Made by a program: the position numbers and the translations under genes
Notes under the pieces: model-generated
What the model saw: the letters and a program-made list of their open reading frames with translations, nothing else
Databases searched by the model: none
What the model was told of the DNA's origin: nothing
Source: Hypanus sabinus
Taxonomy: Eukaryota
Direction: 5' to 3'
Length of the DNA stretch: 64,000 bases
Assembly: GCF_030144855.1 (NCBI RefSeq)
Contig: NC_082706.1
Span: 162,006,001-162,070,000 of the forward strand
Shown: positions 37,565 to 51,383 of the stretch, in pieces
How positions within the stretch are numbered: position 1 is the first letter of the stretch
Layout: every line of letters starts with the position of its first letter

Positions 37565-37932
37565 GGTCTAAAGATTATGAGAGGCATGGATGGGGTGGAT
37601 AGTCAGTACCTGTTTCCCAGGGCACCAATAGCAAACACCAGAGGGCATATGTACAAAATTAAGGGAGGCAAGTTTAGGGGAGATATCAGGGGTAAGTTTT
37701 TTACACAGAGGGTTGTGAGTGCCTGGAATGACTTGCCAGGGGTGGTGGTGGAGGCTTAAATATTAGAGGTATTTAAGAGCCTCTTGGACAGGCACGTAGA
37801 TAAAAGAAAAATAAAGGGTTATGGGGTAGTGTGGGTTTAGTACTTTTTTTTAAGGATCATATGGGTCGGCACAACATGGAGGGCTGAAGGGCCTGTACTG
37901 TGCTGTAGTGTTCTATGGTTCTATGGTTCTAT
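37565..37932 (+). mobile_element. CR1 LINE 3' end (different subfamily)
   Basis: TRGH...FFTQRVVSAWN, with a (TTCTATGG)n tail. Confidence 0.82.
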
Positions 37933-39248
37933 CATTTGCAAGCTTAATACGGAGCCCCACATTTATGTACTCCTGCCATAAATGACAGTTAATACCAACC
38001 AGATACTGACACAATAATGAAGTGACAACATATTTGTGTGTCTGACAACATTAAAATGGTGCACTGCGATCAAAGCACACGTTTCTAGCACTATCCTGTT
38101 CAGCTCCAATACACTTGAATGCAAAGCTAGATGCAGAATGTAGGTGCAATCTTTGTGGAAGTGAATACTGTTTCCTGGAATATATCTTGTGCTGTAGGGG
38201 GTGGTGGTGGAAGATACAGTGTGAAGGCAGAAGGGTTTGAAATGCAGGGAACTATCCACGGAGATTAGAACACGAGTGCATTTCAGAGTCGGCAACAATG
38301 AGTGCTGAGGTCTGCGATGGCAACACAATCTGTCAGTTTAACTGCTGATTTTCACAAATGATTTCACTTTGTAGGCAACGGATTACACATCATTTGATTG
38401 AGCTGATTTGACCAAAGCTGATGGGGCAGACACACATGAATATGGTAAACGAGCAGCACTCAAGAACTGAACCTGTGGGCATCCCTCCAAGCACTTGGCA
38501 GGCAAGTTAAAATGATAGTAATGAGCAGATAGAATCAAAATTGTGCTCTGCAGCTAGACTCCCAAACAGACAACTTTTATCAGATAGAATTTCTTTAATC
38601 CTTCAGTCAGCACAGTTCCATCAGATTCTGTCAATATGGTTTTTGATCCAAGTATTTTTGTATGCTGTCTGGAAACATATGATATATTTCAAATATAACC
38701 TTCTAGTTATTTGCCATATGAAAGGAAAGCCCAGAGGATGGTCTTGAAGAATCTTTTGTGTTTAGGATAAGCTTGAAATTATTTATTGAACAAGATTGCA
38801 TGATTTATGAAATAAAACAAGTAAAATCTGGGAACTCTCAGCAACTGAAGAAACATTTTTGGTGAGAGAATAAGAGATAATGTTTCAGATCGATGATCTT
38901 ACTTCAGTGTGAAAGATGTTAAAAGATAAATAGCTTTTAAGTGAGTGCACACCAGACAAAAGCTGTCTGGCCTAGAAATCTTAATGCAGACTAAAAGGAA
39001 CATTAGATGGTTTTAGCCAAAGCTTGACAATGCTAATTTCATGTCGAATGTGCTCCAGTCAGCAGTCAGACTAGATCAGTGAGTCCAACAGAGTGATTGA
39101 GGGTGGTAAGGGGAAAAGGGTACCAACAGCCAAAGGCAAGGGCATCTGGCCCGGGTTGGGGGCAAGCAGAAATACCCCTGAGCAATCATATGATCAGAAT
39201 AAAGTGGCATATCAGTAGGCTGGATGGAGGTTTGGAGGTTCGGAGGTT

Positions 39249-39855
39249 AGACAGACAGACAGACATACTTTATTGATCCCGAGGGAAATTGGGTTTCGTT
39301 ACAGCCGCACCAACCAAGAATAGTGAAGAAATATAGCAATATAAAACCATAAATTATTAAATAATAAGTTAATCATGCCAATTGGAAATAAGTCCAGGAC
39401 CAGCCTATTGGCTCAGGGTGCCTGACACTCTGAGGGAGGAGTTGTAAAATTTGATGGCCACAGGCAGGAATGACTTCCTACGACGCAGTGTTACATCTCG
39501 GTGGAATGAGTCTCTGGCTGAATGTACTCCTGTGCCTAACCAGTACATTATGGAGTGGATGGGAGTCATTGTCCAAGATGGCTGCAACTTGGACAGCATC
39601 CTCTTTTCAGACACCACCATCAGAGAGTCCAGTTCCACCCCCACAACATCACTGGCCTTATGGATGAGTTTGTTGATTCTGTTGGTGTCTGCTACCCTCA
39701 GCCTGCTGCCCCAGCACACAACAGCAAACATGATAGCACTGGCCACCACAGCCTTGTAGAACATCCTCAGCATCGTCTGGCAGATGTTAAAGGACCTCAG
39801 TCTCCTCAGGAAATAGAGACGGCTCTGACCCTTCTTGTAGACAGCCTCAGTGTTC
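39249..39855 (-). mobile_element. Rex1/Babar-like LINE 3' fragment
   Basis: LYFLRRLRSFNICQTMLRMFYKAVVASAIMFAVVCWGS...SFLPVAI, with AATAAA and a (GTCT)n tail. Confidence 0.85.
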
Positions 39856-41026
39856 AGGAGTGAAGGAAGTGTAGTCAGAAGCCAGAGAGCATGATTGGAG
39901 CCAGGTCTGTGTTAGGTAGATGGTTGGGGAGGGAGTGGCATGCTACATGGATAATTTGGACTGTTTCAGAGCTTGGACTGGCAAGTCAGGATGGTTAATA
40001 GCACATGGGGGAGTTATGTTCTGTATTTTGTGAAGAGGCTACGATCAAAGATTACTATGACACTTGGCAAAGTTCAAATTGAGGGCTGCACTGTTAAGAT
40101 CTAGATATGCTAAAACAAGCTAGTTTAATTTGTTCAGCAGTGCTCCAAAAGGAGCCAAGCACAGGGATTAAAACCAGCCTCTGTATAACAGATGTGAAAG
40201 TCATTTGCCCAACAGTTGTCACAGCCAGAAATGTGCTGTTAAATTTCCAGATTGGAGCAATGCACCCCTGAAATGGTCAGAATTACAGCCTACTCCAGAA
40301 GAAGTACAAATGGTTTTCAGGCACAGTGTGACGAAGGAAATGACCTCGTGTGTGAAATTATAGGCCACAATTTTTTACTGACATGAAACTACAACTTTGC
40401 TTTCTATCTCTACAGCTAGTGCTAGAATTGTGCTTTTAGAATTTTCAGCCTCTGTTTCAGTTCCAGGATCCATGGAGCTTCTCTTCAGTTTTGTGTGATA
40501 TAACATTTGGAAATTGTAGCTCATCAGCCACAGCAAAAGTCCAATCACCATTGGGTAGCAAACAGTCAAAATGCTCACGTCAAGGATTTTCAATCCGTTC
40601 TGATACTTCATGAATTTCAACGATAATGGAAACATGAATTAAAAGCAAATTCTGCCAGAAACATTTAGTGGATCAGGCTTTGATCTGAAACATTAACACG
40701 TCTGTTTTCCCACAGATACTACCCAAATTGCTGAGTAGATCCAGCATTATATTTTTAAGGTTCTTATTTAAGCCACAGAAAAATTAAGTAATGTTATACA
40801 AAATCACTGCACACATTTCTACATACCCATACTTGTCTTCTCACCAGAATCTTCAACTGTTGTTTCAAATTTAACTCATACAAATTCTGATTCACACTGC
40901 AAGTGAAGCTTAAACCAAGGAATTGCTTTGTTTCCTTTTAATTTATGTTTGATCATTGATAAGTGATATGCATTGCCAATTGGAGACAGAAGAAATTCAC
41001 CCATTCCCAACTGCCCCAAGAAAGTG

Positions 41027-41413
41027 TGTCATAGTCCCATCTGGCTGTCTCCCACCTCACTCCTATCTCCTTGATTATGCCTTAATTCCAGTCATTAGAT
41101 TCTCAATTGCTGCCAGTTCACTTATTTACAGCATACCTGGTTCCCATCAGAGACTGCAGGGTAAGAACCCTGGCATCACAACCACGGGTCGCCAGTTCGT
41201 TGGTTAATTCCTGTGTGATAACCTCATTTCCCAATCACTTAGGACTGTTAGTTCTAAGTTCAATGCCAGTCTCTAAATATTCTACGAAAACTTGCTTCCC
41301 GGTCAAGACTCCCTGGTTACCTGTTCCACATTCGTGTCTGCGCAAGCACCTCTCAACCTGTCTCCGTGTCTGTCTCCTGCACTTGGGTTCACCCCCTGTC
41401 ACTCCTTGTACCA
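41027..41413 (+). repeat. 5' LTR (TG...CA)
   Basis: 387 bp, colinear with 45558-45947. Confidence 0.9.
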
Positions 41414-44400
41414 GAACGAACCGGCCAAGAATAATCACATCAGACACGAACCCCCTTGCATCAGGTCCTCGCCAGGGCCTTGCATCAGTACCCTACTGGG
41501 TCTACACGATCAACTGCTCAGAGATGTCATGGAGAACCTGCGTGCCCTGTCCGAGAATGTAAAGAAGGTCAGTGAGCATGTCAACCAAGTATCTGCTCCT
41601 CTTACTCCGCCCCTTCCGAGAACCCGGTCTGACCACCCCACACAGCCTGGGTGGGCAACGCCACACGTACCTGAACCAGAACCCTACGCTGGGGACCTGG
41701 GGAAGTGCTGGGCTTTCTTACTGAAATGCTCCTTGGTTTTTGAGCAGCAGCCATGTACGTGCGCCACGGACAGATCAAAGACAGCGTACATCATGGGGTT
41801 GTTATGAGGAAATAAATTAGCGTGGGCCACCACAAAGTCGGATAACCAGTCAGAGACCTGCTCTTCTTTTCCCACCTTCACCTCTGAAATGAGGAAGATT
41901 TTTGGAATCCCATTCGCGGCAAGGATGCTGCTAAGCGCCTACTGACTCTCTGTCAGGGCTCATGAAGGACAGCCAAATACTCCACTGAGTTCCAGATATT
42001 AGCGGCCGACTCGGGTGGAATGACGAGGCACTCCAGGAAGTGTTTCGACAAGGTCTCAGTGACAGGATAAAAGACAAATTGGCGGTGAGGGATGATGCAA
42101 ACAGCTTGGACTCTCTAGCCACCAGGCTAGATAACGGACTCCGAGAACGTCAGAGAGAGAAAACCGGTTACCCCACTCCTCGGGTCACCCCATGGACCAT
42201 TTTACCACCTTCGACCAGCCCTAGCCTCTCTCCCCCTTCTGCTCCTAGCATAGCTCCTGCTCCGACCGTTGCCACTACCCTGAGGGAGGAACCGATGCAG
42301 CTGGGATGGAGCCATCTCTCTCCCACCGAGCGACCGGATCAGGGGATTGTCTCTATTGCGGCCAGTCTGGACATTTCCGTGACACCTGTTCTCTTTGACC
42401 AAAAGGGAGGGCTCACCAGTAGAAAGGGTGAACCTGGTGAGCCAGACGACCTTGATGGACTCCGGTGCCAAGGGAAATCTGTTGGATGAGGACACAGCCT
42501 CCCGAGTCAGAATTCCTTGGGAACCGGTCTGGAAACCATCAGGAGCAGGTACAACTTAATCTAATCCATTCCCCTCAAGCCCCTGTAGTTCTGGGATACC
42601 CCTGATTGAGCCACCATGATCCCCATATTGACTGGTCTACTGGGAGGATAGCCAGCTGGAGCCTGTTTTGTCACGCCACCTGTCTTCAGTCAGCCCTATC
42701 CCCTGGGGAGGTCACCACGACCTCGCCTGTCATGGAACCCCCCCGACTTGTCCAGGGTTCCAGCCGACTACCACGACCTGGGACAAGTATTTAGTAAACA
42801 ACAGGCTCTTTTCCTGCCTCCACACCCACCATACGATTGTGCTATCGATCTTCTCCCCGGGGCCTCGTTACCCACTAGTCGGTTGTATAACTTGTCCCGG
42901 CCTGAGACAGAAGGCATGGAGAAGTACATCAGTCAGTCTCTCGCGGTGGGCATTATTCAGCCCTCATCCTCCCCGATGGGCATAGGGTTCTTCTTTGTGG
43001 GAAAGAAGGATGGGTCATTACGTCCCTGCATTGATTATTGAGGCCTTAACAACATAACCGTTAAAAACAAGTACCTACTGCCCCTCATAACCACTTCACG
43101 GAGCCAACATCTTCTCCAAGTTAGACCTACGAAGCGACTACCATCTGGTCAGAATAAGGGAGGGGGATGAGTGGAAGACGGCATTTAATACCCCTCTCGG
43201 CCTCTTCAAATACCTGGTCATGTCGTTCGGCCTCACTAATGTCCCCAGCGTTTTTTAAGCCCTGATTAATGATGTGGTGAGAGACTTTATTAACTGCTTT
43301 GTGTTTGTCTATCTGGATGACATCCTAATCTTCTCCAGCAGTCTCCAGAAACACATTCATCATGTCCATCGAGTCCTACAGAGGCTGTAGGAGAACAAAT
43401 TATTGGTGAAGGCTGAGAAGTGTGAATTCCACGTCCCCTCGGTCAGCTTCTTAGGTTACATCATTGAGAGTGGGCGAGTGAGAGCGGATCCCGAGAAGTT
43501 CCAGGCGGTGGCGGAGTGGCCCAGACCCACGACCCACAAGTAACTCCAGCGATTTCTGGGGTTTGTGAACTTCTATCGCCGGTTTATCAGGCATTACAGT
43601 TGGGTGGCGGCACCCCTTACCCGACTTACCTCACCTACAATACCTTTTCTTTGGGACTCCGAGGCTGACTCAGCATTCGCTGGACCGAAGAGGCGTTTCA
43701 TGTCCACTCCCATCCTGGTCCAACCGGACCCTTCCTGTCAATTCATTGTGGAGGTCAACACCTCTGACTCTGGTGTGGGAGTGGTCCTGTCCCAACATCC
43801 TGGCCCTGATCAGAAACTTCATCCCTGTGCCATCTTTTCTCGCTGGCTGTCCCCCGCTGAACGAAATTACGATGTGGGGAACCCAGAGCTACTGGCGTTG
43901 GAAGAATGGAGGCCCTGGCTGGAGGGGGCGGAACACCCGTTTATTGTATGGACCAATCACAAGAACCTTAGATATATCCAGACCGCTAAACGCCTGAACT
44001 CCCACCAAGCTCGTAGGGCATTATTTTTTGGCAGGTTCAGGTTTACTCTCATCTATCATCCAGGGTCCAAGAACGGGAAACCTGACGCGCTCTCCCATCA
44101 ATACATTTCTGAAGAGAACCTTTCCAGCCCGGAGACCAACCTCTCACCATCCAGTGTGGTGGCGGCCCTCACCTGGGAAATTGAGGCCATAGTAAAAGAG
44201 GCCCAACAGGCTGAACCTGACCCCGGCAACGGACCCGCCAATCGCCTTTTTGTGCCCGATTCCGTTCGCTCTCAGGTTCTCCAGTGGGATCACATGGCTC
44301 GTTTCACCTGCCATCCCGGGAGTGATCGGACACTGTCTCTTCTGAAAAGACACTTTTAGTGGCCTTCCATGGACGGTGATACCCAGTCCTTTGTCTCTGC

Positions 44401-45557
44401 AAGTTCTGTCTGCGCCCGTGGAAAAGCCTCCCATTGGCCACCTGCTGGATTACTTCATCCCCTACCTGTCCCTAGTTGTCCTTGGTCTCACATAGCACTA
44501 GATTTCATCACAGGATTACCCTCTTCACATGGGAACACTGCTGTACTCACTGTGGTGGACCGTTTCTCCAAGACTGTACACTTTGTAGACCCTCCCTAAA
44601 CTCTCTTCTGCAGACCGCAGACCTTCTCGTCCACAATGTCTTCCGCCTTCATGGAGTTCCTTTGGACATTATCTCCGACTGGGGTCTCCAATTCATTTTG
44701 CAAGTCTGGAGATTCATTTGTCGAGTCCCGGATACCTCAGTTAGCTGGTCACCCGACTTTCATCCATGGACAAATGGGCAAACGGAACGGGTCAACCAGG
44801 ATTTGGAGATGGTGCTACATTGCGTGACAGCCAGGAACCCATCTCCCTGGAGCAACTACGTCACATGGATAGAGTACACCCACAACTCTCCAGTCAGCAC
44901 CGCCACCGGAAGATCTCCTTTTGAAAGCTCTCTTGGTTACCAACCCCTGCTGTTTCCCACTCAGGAAGAGGATATTGCGGTGCCGTCTGTTCAGGCCCAT
45001 CTCCGCCGGTGCTGCAAGATCTGGGAAGACACATGCACAGCCCTGCTCTGCTCAGTCGACCACAACCGGAGGAGTGTTGATCATCATCGGACTCCTGCAC
45101 CTGAGTATCGACCTGGGCAGAAGGTGTGGCTCTCGTATAAAGACATTCCTCTCAAGAAAGAGCCCAAGAAGCTCACCCCTCGCTTCCTGGGACCTTTCAA
45201 GGTCGACAGTTTTATCAACCCCATGGCGGTTTGACTCAAACTGCCTACATCTATGCACATGCATCCTACATTTCACATTCCCCAGTTGAAACCGGTATCT
45301 GTCAGCCCCTTGTGTCCTCCGACTGAACCCCCTCAACCCGCCTGGATCATCAACGACCGCCCGGCGTACACCGTCTGGCGATTACTGTATGTGTGCTGCT
45401 GAGGCAGGGGCCTCCAATACCTGGTCGATTGGAAGGGATATGTTCCTGGATTCCCCACTCCTTCATCCTGGACCCTTTCTTCATCAGTGATTTCCTTCGG
45501 GTCCAGGCAGACAAGCCTGGTGAATCGCCTGGAGACTCCCATTGGGGGGGTGGGTAC

Positions 45558-45947
45558 TATCATGGTCCTGTGGGGCTGTTCCCCCATCTTGCTCCTATCT
45601 CCCTGATTGTGCCTTAATTCCAGTCGTTAGATTCCCAGTTGGCGCTAGTTCATATAATTACAGCACAACTAGTTCCCATCAGAGACTGCAGGTTAAGAAA
45701 CCTGAAGTCACAACCACAGGTCGCCAGTTCATCGGTCAATTCCCGTGCGATAACCTCGTTTCCCGATCACTTAAGACCATTAGTTCTAAGTTCAGCTTCA
45801 GTCTCTAGATATTCTACGAAAACCTCGTCTCTGGGTCAAGACTCCCCTGGTTATCTGTTCCATGTTCACAACTGTGCAAGCACCTCCCAAACTGTCTCCG
45901 TGTCTGTGTGCTGCACTTGGGTTCACCCCCTGTCACTCCATGGAACA
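45558..45947 (+). repeat. 3' LTR
   Basis: Follows the polypurine tract and ends ggaaca before the TSD. Confidence 0.9.
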
Positions 45948-46688
45948 AAGCGATAGTGAGCTGCATTTGTGAACTTCTTGAAAACTATGATAAAACTGAC
46001 TCACTGAATATGAAAGAGCAGTTCCAATCTGAATATTGTGCAACTTCAAAGTGTTAGGGCACTTTGATGACAGTGATATTTTTTATCTTATCTCTCTTAT
46101 TTTGTAACACCTCAGAAGGAAACCATTTAGCCCAATGAGTCTGTGCTGATTCTCAGTGCCTTTCCATCACCCCATTCGCCAACTTATTTCTCTGTAGCTG
46201 ATTCTATCTCATATGTCCATCATCTTCCTCTTGACTCTCCTGCAACCATCTAATCTGTAGGAGGATGTAAACCTGCCTTTGGGATGTATAAGAAAACAGA
46301 AATGCCCTACTTAGCAAGAAGAGGAATGTTCAATCTGTACACAAACAGCAGTCTAGATCAGGAACAAGCCCAAGCTGCTGAAGATGTGTGACAGCAGCAC
46401 TAACCCTTGAACTATTGAGCTTCCTTTTGGAAAGACCACAAGGAAACTGGATGCTGATGAAGCAAACACAGGGAGCTACATCCTGTATAGGATATTCAGA
46501 GTTGTGAATACCGGGTCAATGCTGTTGTACTTGCAAAAATCCATTGGATTGATGAGTATTCCATCACACTCCTGAATTAACATGACAGAAGGGCTTGAAA
46601 AGCTTTGGAAATAAACTTCACTGGCACTGGGCCAAAGGCCAAAAGAAATTCTCTAGGCTGTGGTGAGTGATCTGCAACATCACAGCTA

Positions 46689-48230
46689 CAGTGCCTTGAA
46701 AAAGCATTTGGTCCCATGACTATTTTAACATTTTACTGTTCCGTATTCTAAGTTTAAAATGAATTGAGGTAGACTGTCTAAGCTAATCTATGAAACATTG
46801 TGCACCATGTCAAATGAAAAGAAAAATTCCAAAACCTATGAACAATTTACTAAAACTTAAAACACAAAATTGTGAGGCTGATAGAGTACTTTGTAATTAC
46901 TACACTAACTTTCCTCTGAAGAAATATATTGTATCACCTTACCAACTCATCCAAGTTGTTGATGTAGAAAATTGGAGGATCACCTGTTTTCAATGAACTC
47001 ATAATAACCCCCTCTCTCTGTAACTTCTATCAGTGTGACAGATTTTCAACAGACTAAACTAAAATGAAAACAAAAGAGCATTCGAGACAAGTCAGGGAAA
47101 TGATAATAGAGAAGAACAAATCGCAGGAAGACTATCTCAAAGGCATTGAACATAACTCATAGCTTGAAGCAGACCATGGTGAGACCATAGCCACACTGCC
47201 TAGGTCAGGCCATCCCTGTAAACTTCACTGGAGAAGAATGGCACTTTTAAGAGAGGTGACTGTGACATTGACAGTCACTCTGAGTGAGCTGCAGAAGTCA
47301 GCGGCTGCAATTCTAGATGAAGTTAATGGCTTCAAAATTCCTAAGGCCTTGCACGATAAGGGTATTTATGGAAATGTGGCAATGAAGAAGCCCCAGATAA
47401 AGAAAAGCATATCCTTACTCGTAAAAACTTTGCAAAGTGTCACTTAGAAGGTACTATAAAGATATGGAAGAAGGTCATGAGGTCAGTTGAGACTAAAGTG
47501 GAAGTTTTTGGCCTCAACAGTAAGTGGTACTACATATGGCATAAATCTAATTCTGCTCATTAGCCAGGTAACACCATCCCTACTGTAAAGTATGGGGGAG
47601 GAAGCATCATACTACGAGGATGCTTTTCAGCAACAGGGACTGGAATTCTGGTCAGGACTGCCAGGCAGATGAATGCTGCTCCATACAGAGAGATCCTGGA
47701 TAAAAACCTGCCAGCCTCTGTCAGAAAGCTTGCATTGTGGAAAAAGCTTGTCTTTCAGCAGGACAACAGCCCAAAGCACACTGCAGAGAAACTGTGGGGT
47801 GGCTTCATATGAAGAAAATTGATGTCTTTGAGTGGCCCAGTCAAAGACCTGACCTTAACTTAATCGACCATCTCCAGCAAGACCACAAGATTGCTGTCCA
47901 CCGTGGCTCCCCAACTAACCTGTCACAGCTTGAGCAATTTTGCAAGGAGGAATGGTCAAACCTTGTGCAAACCTAACAGACACCCAAAAAGGCTGTAATA
48001 GTTGTGAGAGGTAGTTCAACTAAGTACTGAGCAAAGGGGAATGAATACTTTTGAACTACTGACATTTCAATTCCTGATGGTTTTTTTTTGTCTTTCATCC
48101 TTTAAAATTTACCCTATTTTTTGGGCTCCACTGTGAAAAAATGAGCATGTGATACACAAATAAGAATTCTCATCTGAATTTATCAAAATCCCTGGTTGTA
48201 ATACTCATTTATCTGAAAAAGGTATGGTGT
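46689..48230 (+). mobile_element. Tc1-family DNA transposon relic
   Basis: TA + CAGTGCCTTGAAAAAG left TIR. Transposase MKTKEHSRQVRE (47064), [14 protein letters not shown] and WPSQRPDLNLIDH (decayed DD34E). Right end eroded. Confidence 0.88.
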
Positions 48231-48496
48231 CTTTTAAAGCAGGGAGCAATAGACACTCATAAAGTTAAACTGTGATGACGCATTAAGCAAAACATCAAAA
48301 TTTGTAAGACAGTACATAGTTATTCCATAGATAATTGGGATTTATTAATATGGACTGTGATATCAATTTGGCAGGGAAAAATTAAAAATAAAACATTATG
48401 TAAGTGGTGAACAGCAGCAGTGCCGAGATGCAGAGCATCCCTGTGCAAGATTCATTCAAAGCTAGTATGAAGGTAAAGTAAGTAACTAGGAATGTC

Positions 48497-51383
48497 AAAA
48501 TCAGAATCAGGTTTATTATCATCGGCATGTGTCATGAAATTTGTTAACTTAGCAACAGCAGTTCAATGCAATACATAATCTAGCAGAGAAAAATAATAAT
48601 AATAAATAAAACATAATAAATAAACAAGTAAATCAATTACATAAATTGAATAGAATATTGAACAAAGTGCAAAAACTGAAATACTGTATATTAAAAAAAC
48701 TTCGATGTCCATTTAGGAATTAGATAGCGAGGGAAAGAAGCTGTTCCTGAATCGCTGAGTGTGTGCCTTCAGGCTTCTGTACCTCCTACCTGATGGTAAC
48801 AGTGTGCCCCAGATGCTGGAGGTCTTTAATAATGGATGCTGTCTTTCTGAGACACCGCTTCCTAAAGTTGTCCAGGGCACTTTGTAGGCTAGTGCCCAAG
48901 ATGGAGCTGACTAGATTTACAACCTTCTGCAGCTTCTTTCAGTCCTGTGCAGTAGCCCCTCCATACCAGACAGTGATGCACCCTGTCAGAATGCTCTCCA
49001 CGGTACAACCCTGGTGGGTAGTGAGAGGGACAGTTTCCCTGGTGGGTACTGGGAGGCTCAGTTTCCCCTGGTGGAGAGTGGGACGGACAGTTTCCCCCAA
49101 TGGGTAGTGGGAGGCACAGTTTCCCCCGGTGGGTAGTGGGAGGGTCAGTTTCCCCTGGTGGAGAGTGGGACGGACAGTTTCCCTGGTGGGTAGTCGGAGG
49201 GACAGTTTCCCCCGGTGGGTAGTGGGAGGGTCAGTTTCCCCTGGTGGAGAGTGGGATGGACAGTTTCCCCCAATGGGTAGTGGGAGGCACAGTTCCCTGG
49301 TGGGCAGTGGGAGGGTCAGTAACCCCAGTGGGTAGTGGGAGGGTCAATAACCCCGGTGGGTAGTGGGAGGGTCAGTTTCCCCTGGTGGGTAGTGGGAGGG
49401 ACAGTTTCCCCCGGTGGGTAGTGGGAGGGTCAGTTTCCCCTGGTGGAGAGTGGGACAGACAGTTTCCCTGGTGGGTAGTGGGAGGGACAGTTTCCCCCGG
49501 TGGGTAGTGGGAGGGTCAGTTTCCCCTGGTGGAGAGTGGGACGGACAGTTTCCCCCAATGGGTAGTGGGAGGCACAGTTCCCCGGAGGGCAGTGGGAGGG
49601 TCAGTTGCCCCAGTGGGTAGTGGGAGGGTCGGATCCCTGGTGGGTAGTGGGAGGGACAGTTTCCCCGGGAGGTAGTGGGAGGGTCAGTTTCCCTGGTGGG
49701 TAGTGGGAGGGTCAGTTTCCCCGGTGGTTAGTGGGAGGGTCAGTTTCCCCCGGTGGGTAGTGGGAGGGTCAGTTTCCCCTGGTGGAGAGTGGGACGGACA
49801 GTTTCCCCCAATGGGTAGTGGGAGGCACAGTTCCCTGGTGGGCAGTGGGAGGGTCAGTTGCCCCAGTGGGTAGTGGGAGGGTCGGATCCCTGGTGGGTAG
49901 TGGGAGGGACAGTTTCCCCGGGAGGTAGTAGGAGGGTCAGTTTCCCCCAGTGGGTAGTGGGAGGGACAGTTTCCCCGGTGGGTAGTGGGAGGTACATTTC
50001 CCTAGTGGGTAGTGGGAGGGACAGTTTCCCCGGTGGGTAGTGGGAGGGTCAGTTTCCCCGGTGGGTAGTGGGAGGTACATTTCCCTAGTGGGTAGTGGGA
50101 GGGACAGTTTCCCTTGGTGGGTAGTGGGAGGGACAGATTCCCCCGGTGGGTAGTGGGAGGGTCAGTTTCCCTGGTGGGTAGTGGGAGGGTCAGTTTCCCC
50201 GGTGGGTAGTGGGAGGGACAGTTCCCCGGTGGGTAGTGGGAGGGACAGTTTCCCCGGTGGGTAGTGGGAGGGACAGTTTTCCCTGGTGGGTAGTGGGAGG
50301 GTCAGTTTCCCTGTTGGGTAGTGGGAGGGTCAGTTTTCCTTGGTGGGTAGTGGGAGGGACAGATTCCCCGGTGGGTAGTGGGAGGGACAGTTTCCCATGG
50401 TGGGTAGTGGGAGGGACAGTTTTCCCTGGTGGGTAGTGGGAGGGTCAGTTTCCCTGGTGGGTAGTGGGAGGGACAGTTTCCCCCGGTGGGTAGTGGGAGG
50501 GTCAGTTTCCCCGGTGGGTAGTGGGAGGTACATTTCCCTGGTGGGTAGTGGGAGGGTCAGTTTCCCTGGTGGGTAGTGGGAGGGACAGTTTCCCTGGTGG
50601 GTAGTGGGAGGGTCAGTTTCCCCGGTGGGTAGTGGGAGGGTCAGTTTCCCCCGGTGGGTAGTGGGAGGGTCAGTTTTCCCCGGTGGGTAGTGGGAGGGAC
50701 AGTTTTCCCTGGTGGGTAGTGGGAGGGTCAGTTTCCCTGGTGGGTAGTGGGAGGGCCAGTTTCCCCAGGTGGGTAGTGGGAGGGACAGTTTCCCCCGGTG
50801 GGTAGTGGGAGGGTCAGTTTCCCCGGTGGGTAGTGGGAGGTACATTTCCCTGGTGGGTAGTGGGAGGGACAGTTTCCCCGGTGGGTAGTGGGAGGGTCAG
50901 TTTCCCTGGTGGGTAGTGGGAGGGACAGTTTCCCTGGTGGGTAGTGGGAGGGTCAGTTTCCCCGGTGGGTAGTGGGAGGGTCAGTTTCCCCCGGTGGGTA
51001 GTGGGAGGGTCAGTTTTCCCCGGTGGGTAGTGGGAGGGACAGTTTTCCCTGGTGGGTAGTGGGAGGGTCAGTTTCCCTGGTGGGTAGTGGGAGGGCCAGT
51101 TTCCCCAGGTGGGTAGTGGGAGGGTCAGTTCCACTGGTGGGTAGTGGGAGGGACAGTTTCCCCAGTGGGTAGTGGGAGGGCCAGTTTCCCCAGATGGGTA
51201 GTGGGAGGGTCAGTTCCACTGGTGGGTAGTGGGAGGGTCAGTTTCCCCGGTGGGTATTGGGAGGGTCAGTTCCACTGGTGGTTAGTGGGAGGGCCAGTTT
51301 CCCCAGGTGGGTAGTGGGAGGGTCAGTTCCACTGGAGGCTAGTGGGAGGGACAGTTTGTGAGTGTATTTGTTGACATGCCAAA
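48497..51383 (-). mobile_element. Rex1/Babar-like 3' fragment split by a minisatellite
   Basis: (TCTGAT)n tail at ~48500. Coding remnant runs to ~49009 and resumes at ~51353-51383 (agtttgtgagtgtatttgttgacatg). Confidence 0.82.
49010..51357. repeat. G-rich ~28-30-bp minisatellite, roughly 80 units
   Basis: Unit GGTGGGTAGTGGGAGGG(T/A)CAGTTTCCC(C/T), with variant units and duplicated multi-unit blocks. Confidence 0.97.

Larger units (their letters stand above)
41027..45947 (+). mobile_element. Complete but decayed Ty3/Gypsy chromovirus (sushi/Tf1 group) LTR retrotransposon
   Basis: Paired LTRs with a 5-bp TSD aagtg/aagcg. Gag PEPYAGD and [14 protein letters not shown]; protease MDSGA; RT YLDDILI; RNase H; integrase TNGQTER; chromodomain QYLVDWKGY; PPT at ~45544-45554. 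Confidence 0.95.

Noticed and set aside
49129-51219. Pro/Trp-rich ORFs in the ORF track
   Set aside because: Translations of the minisatellite; no splice or start context.
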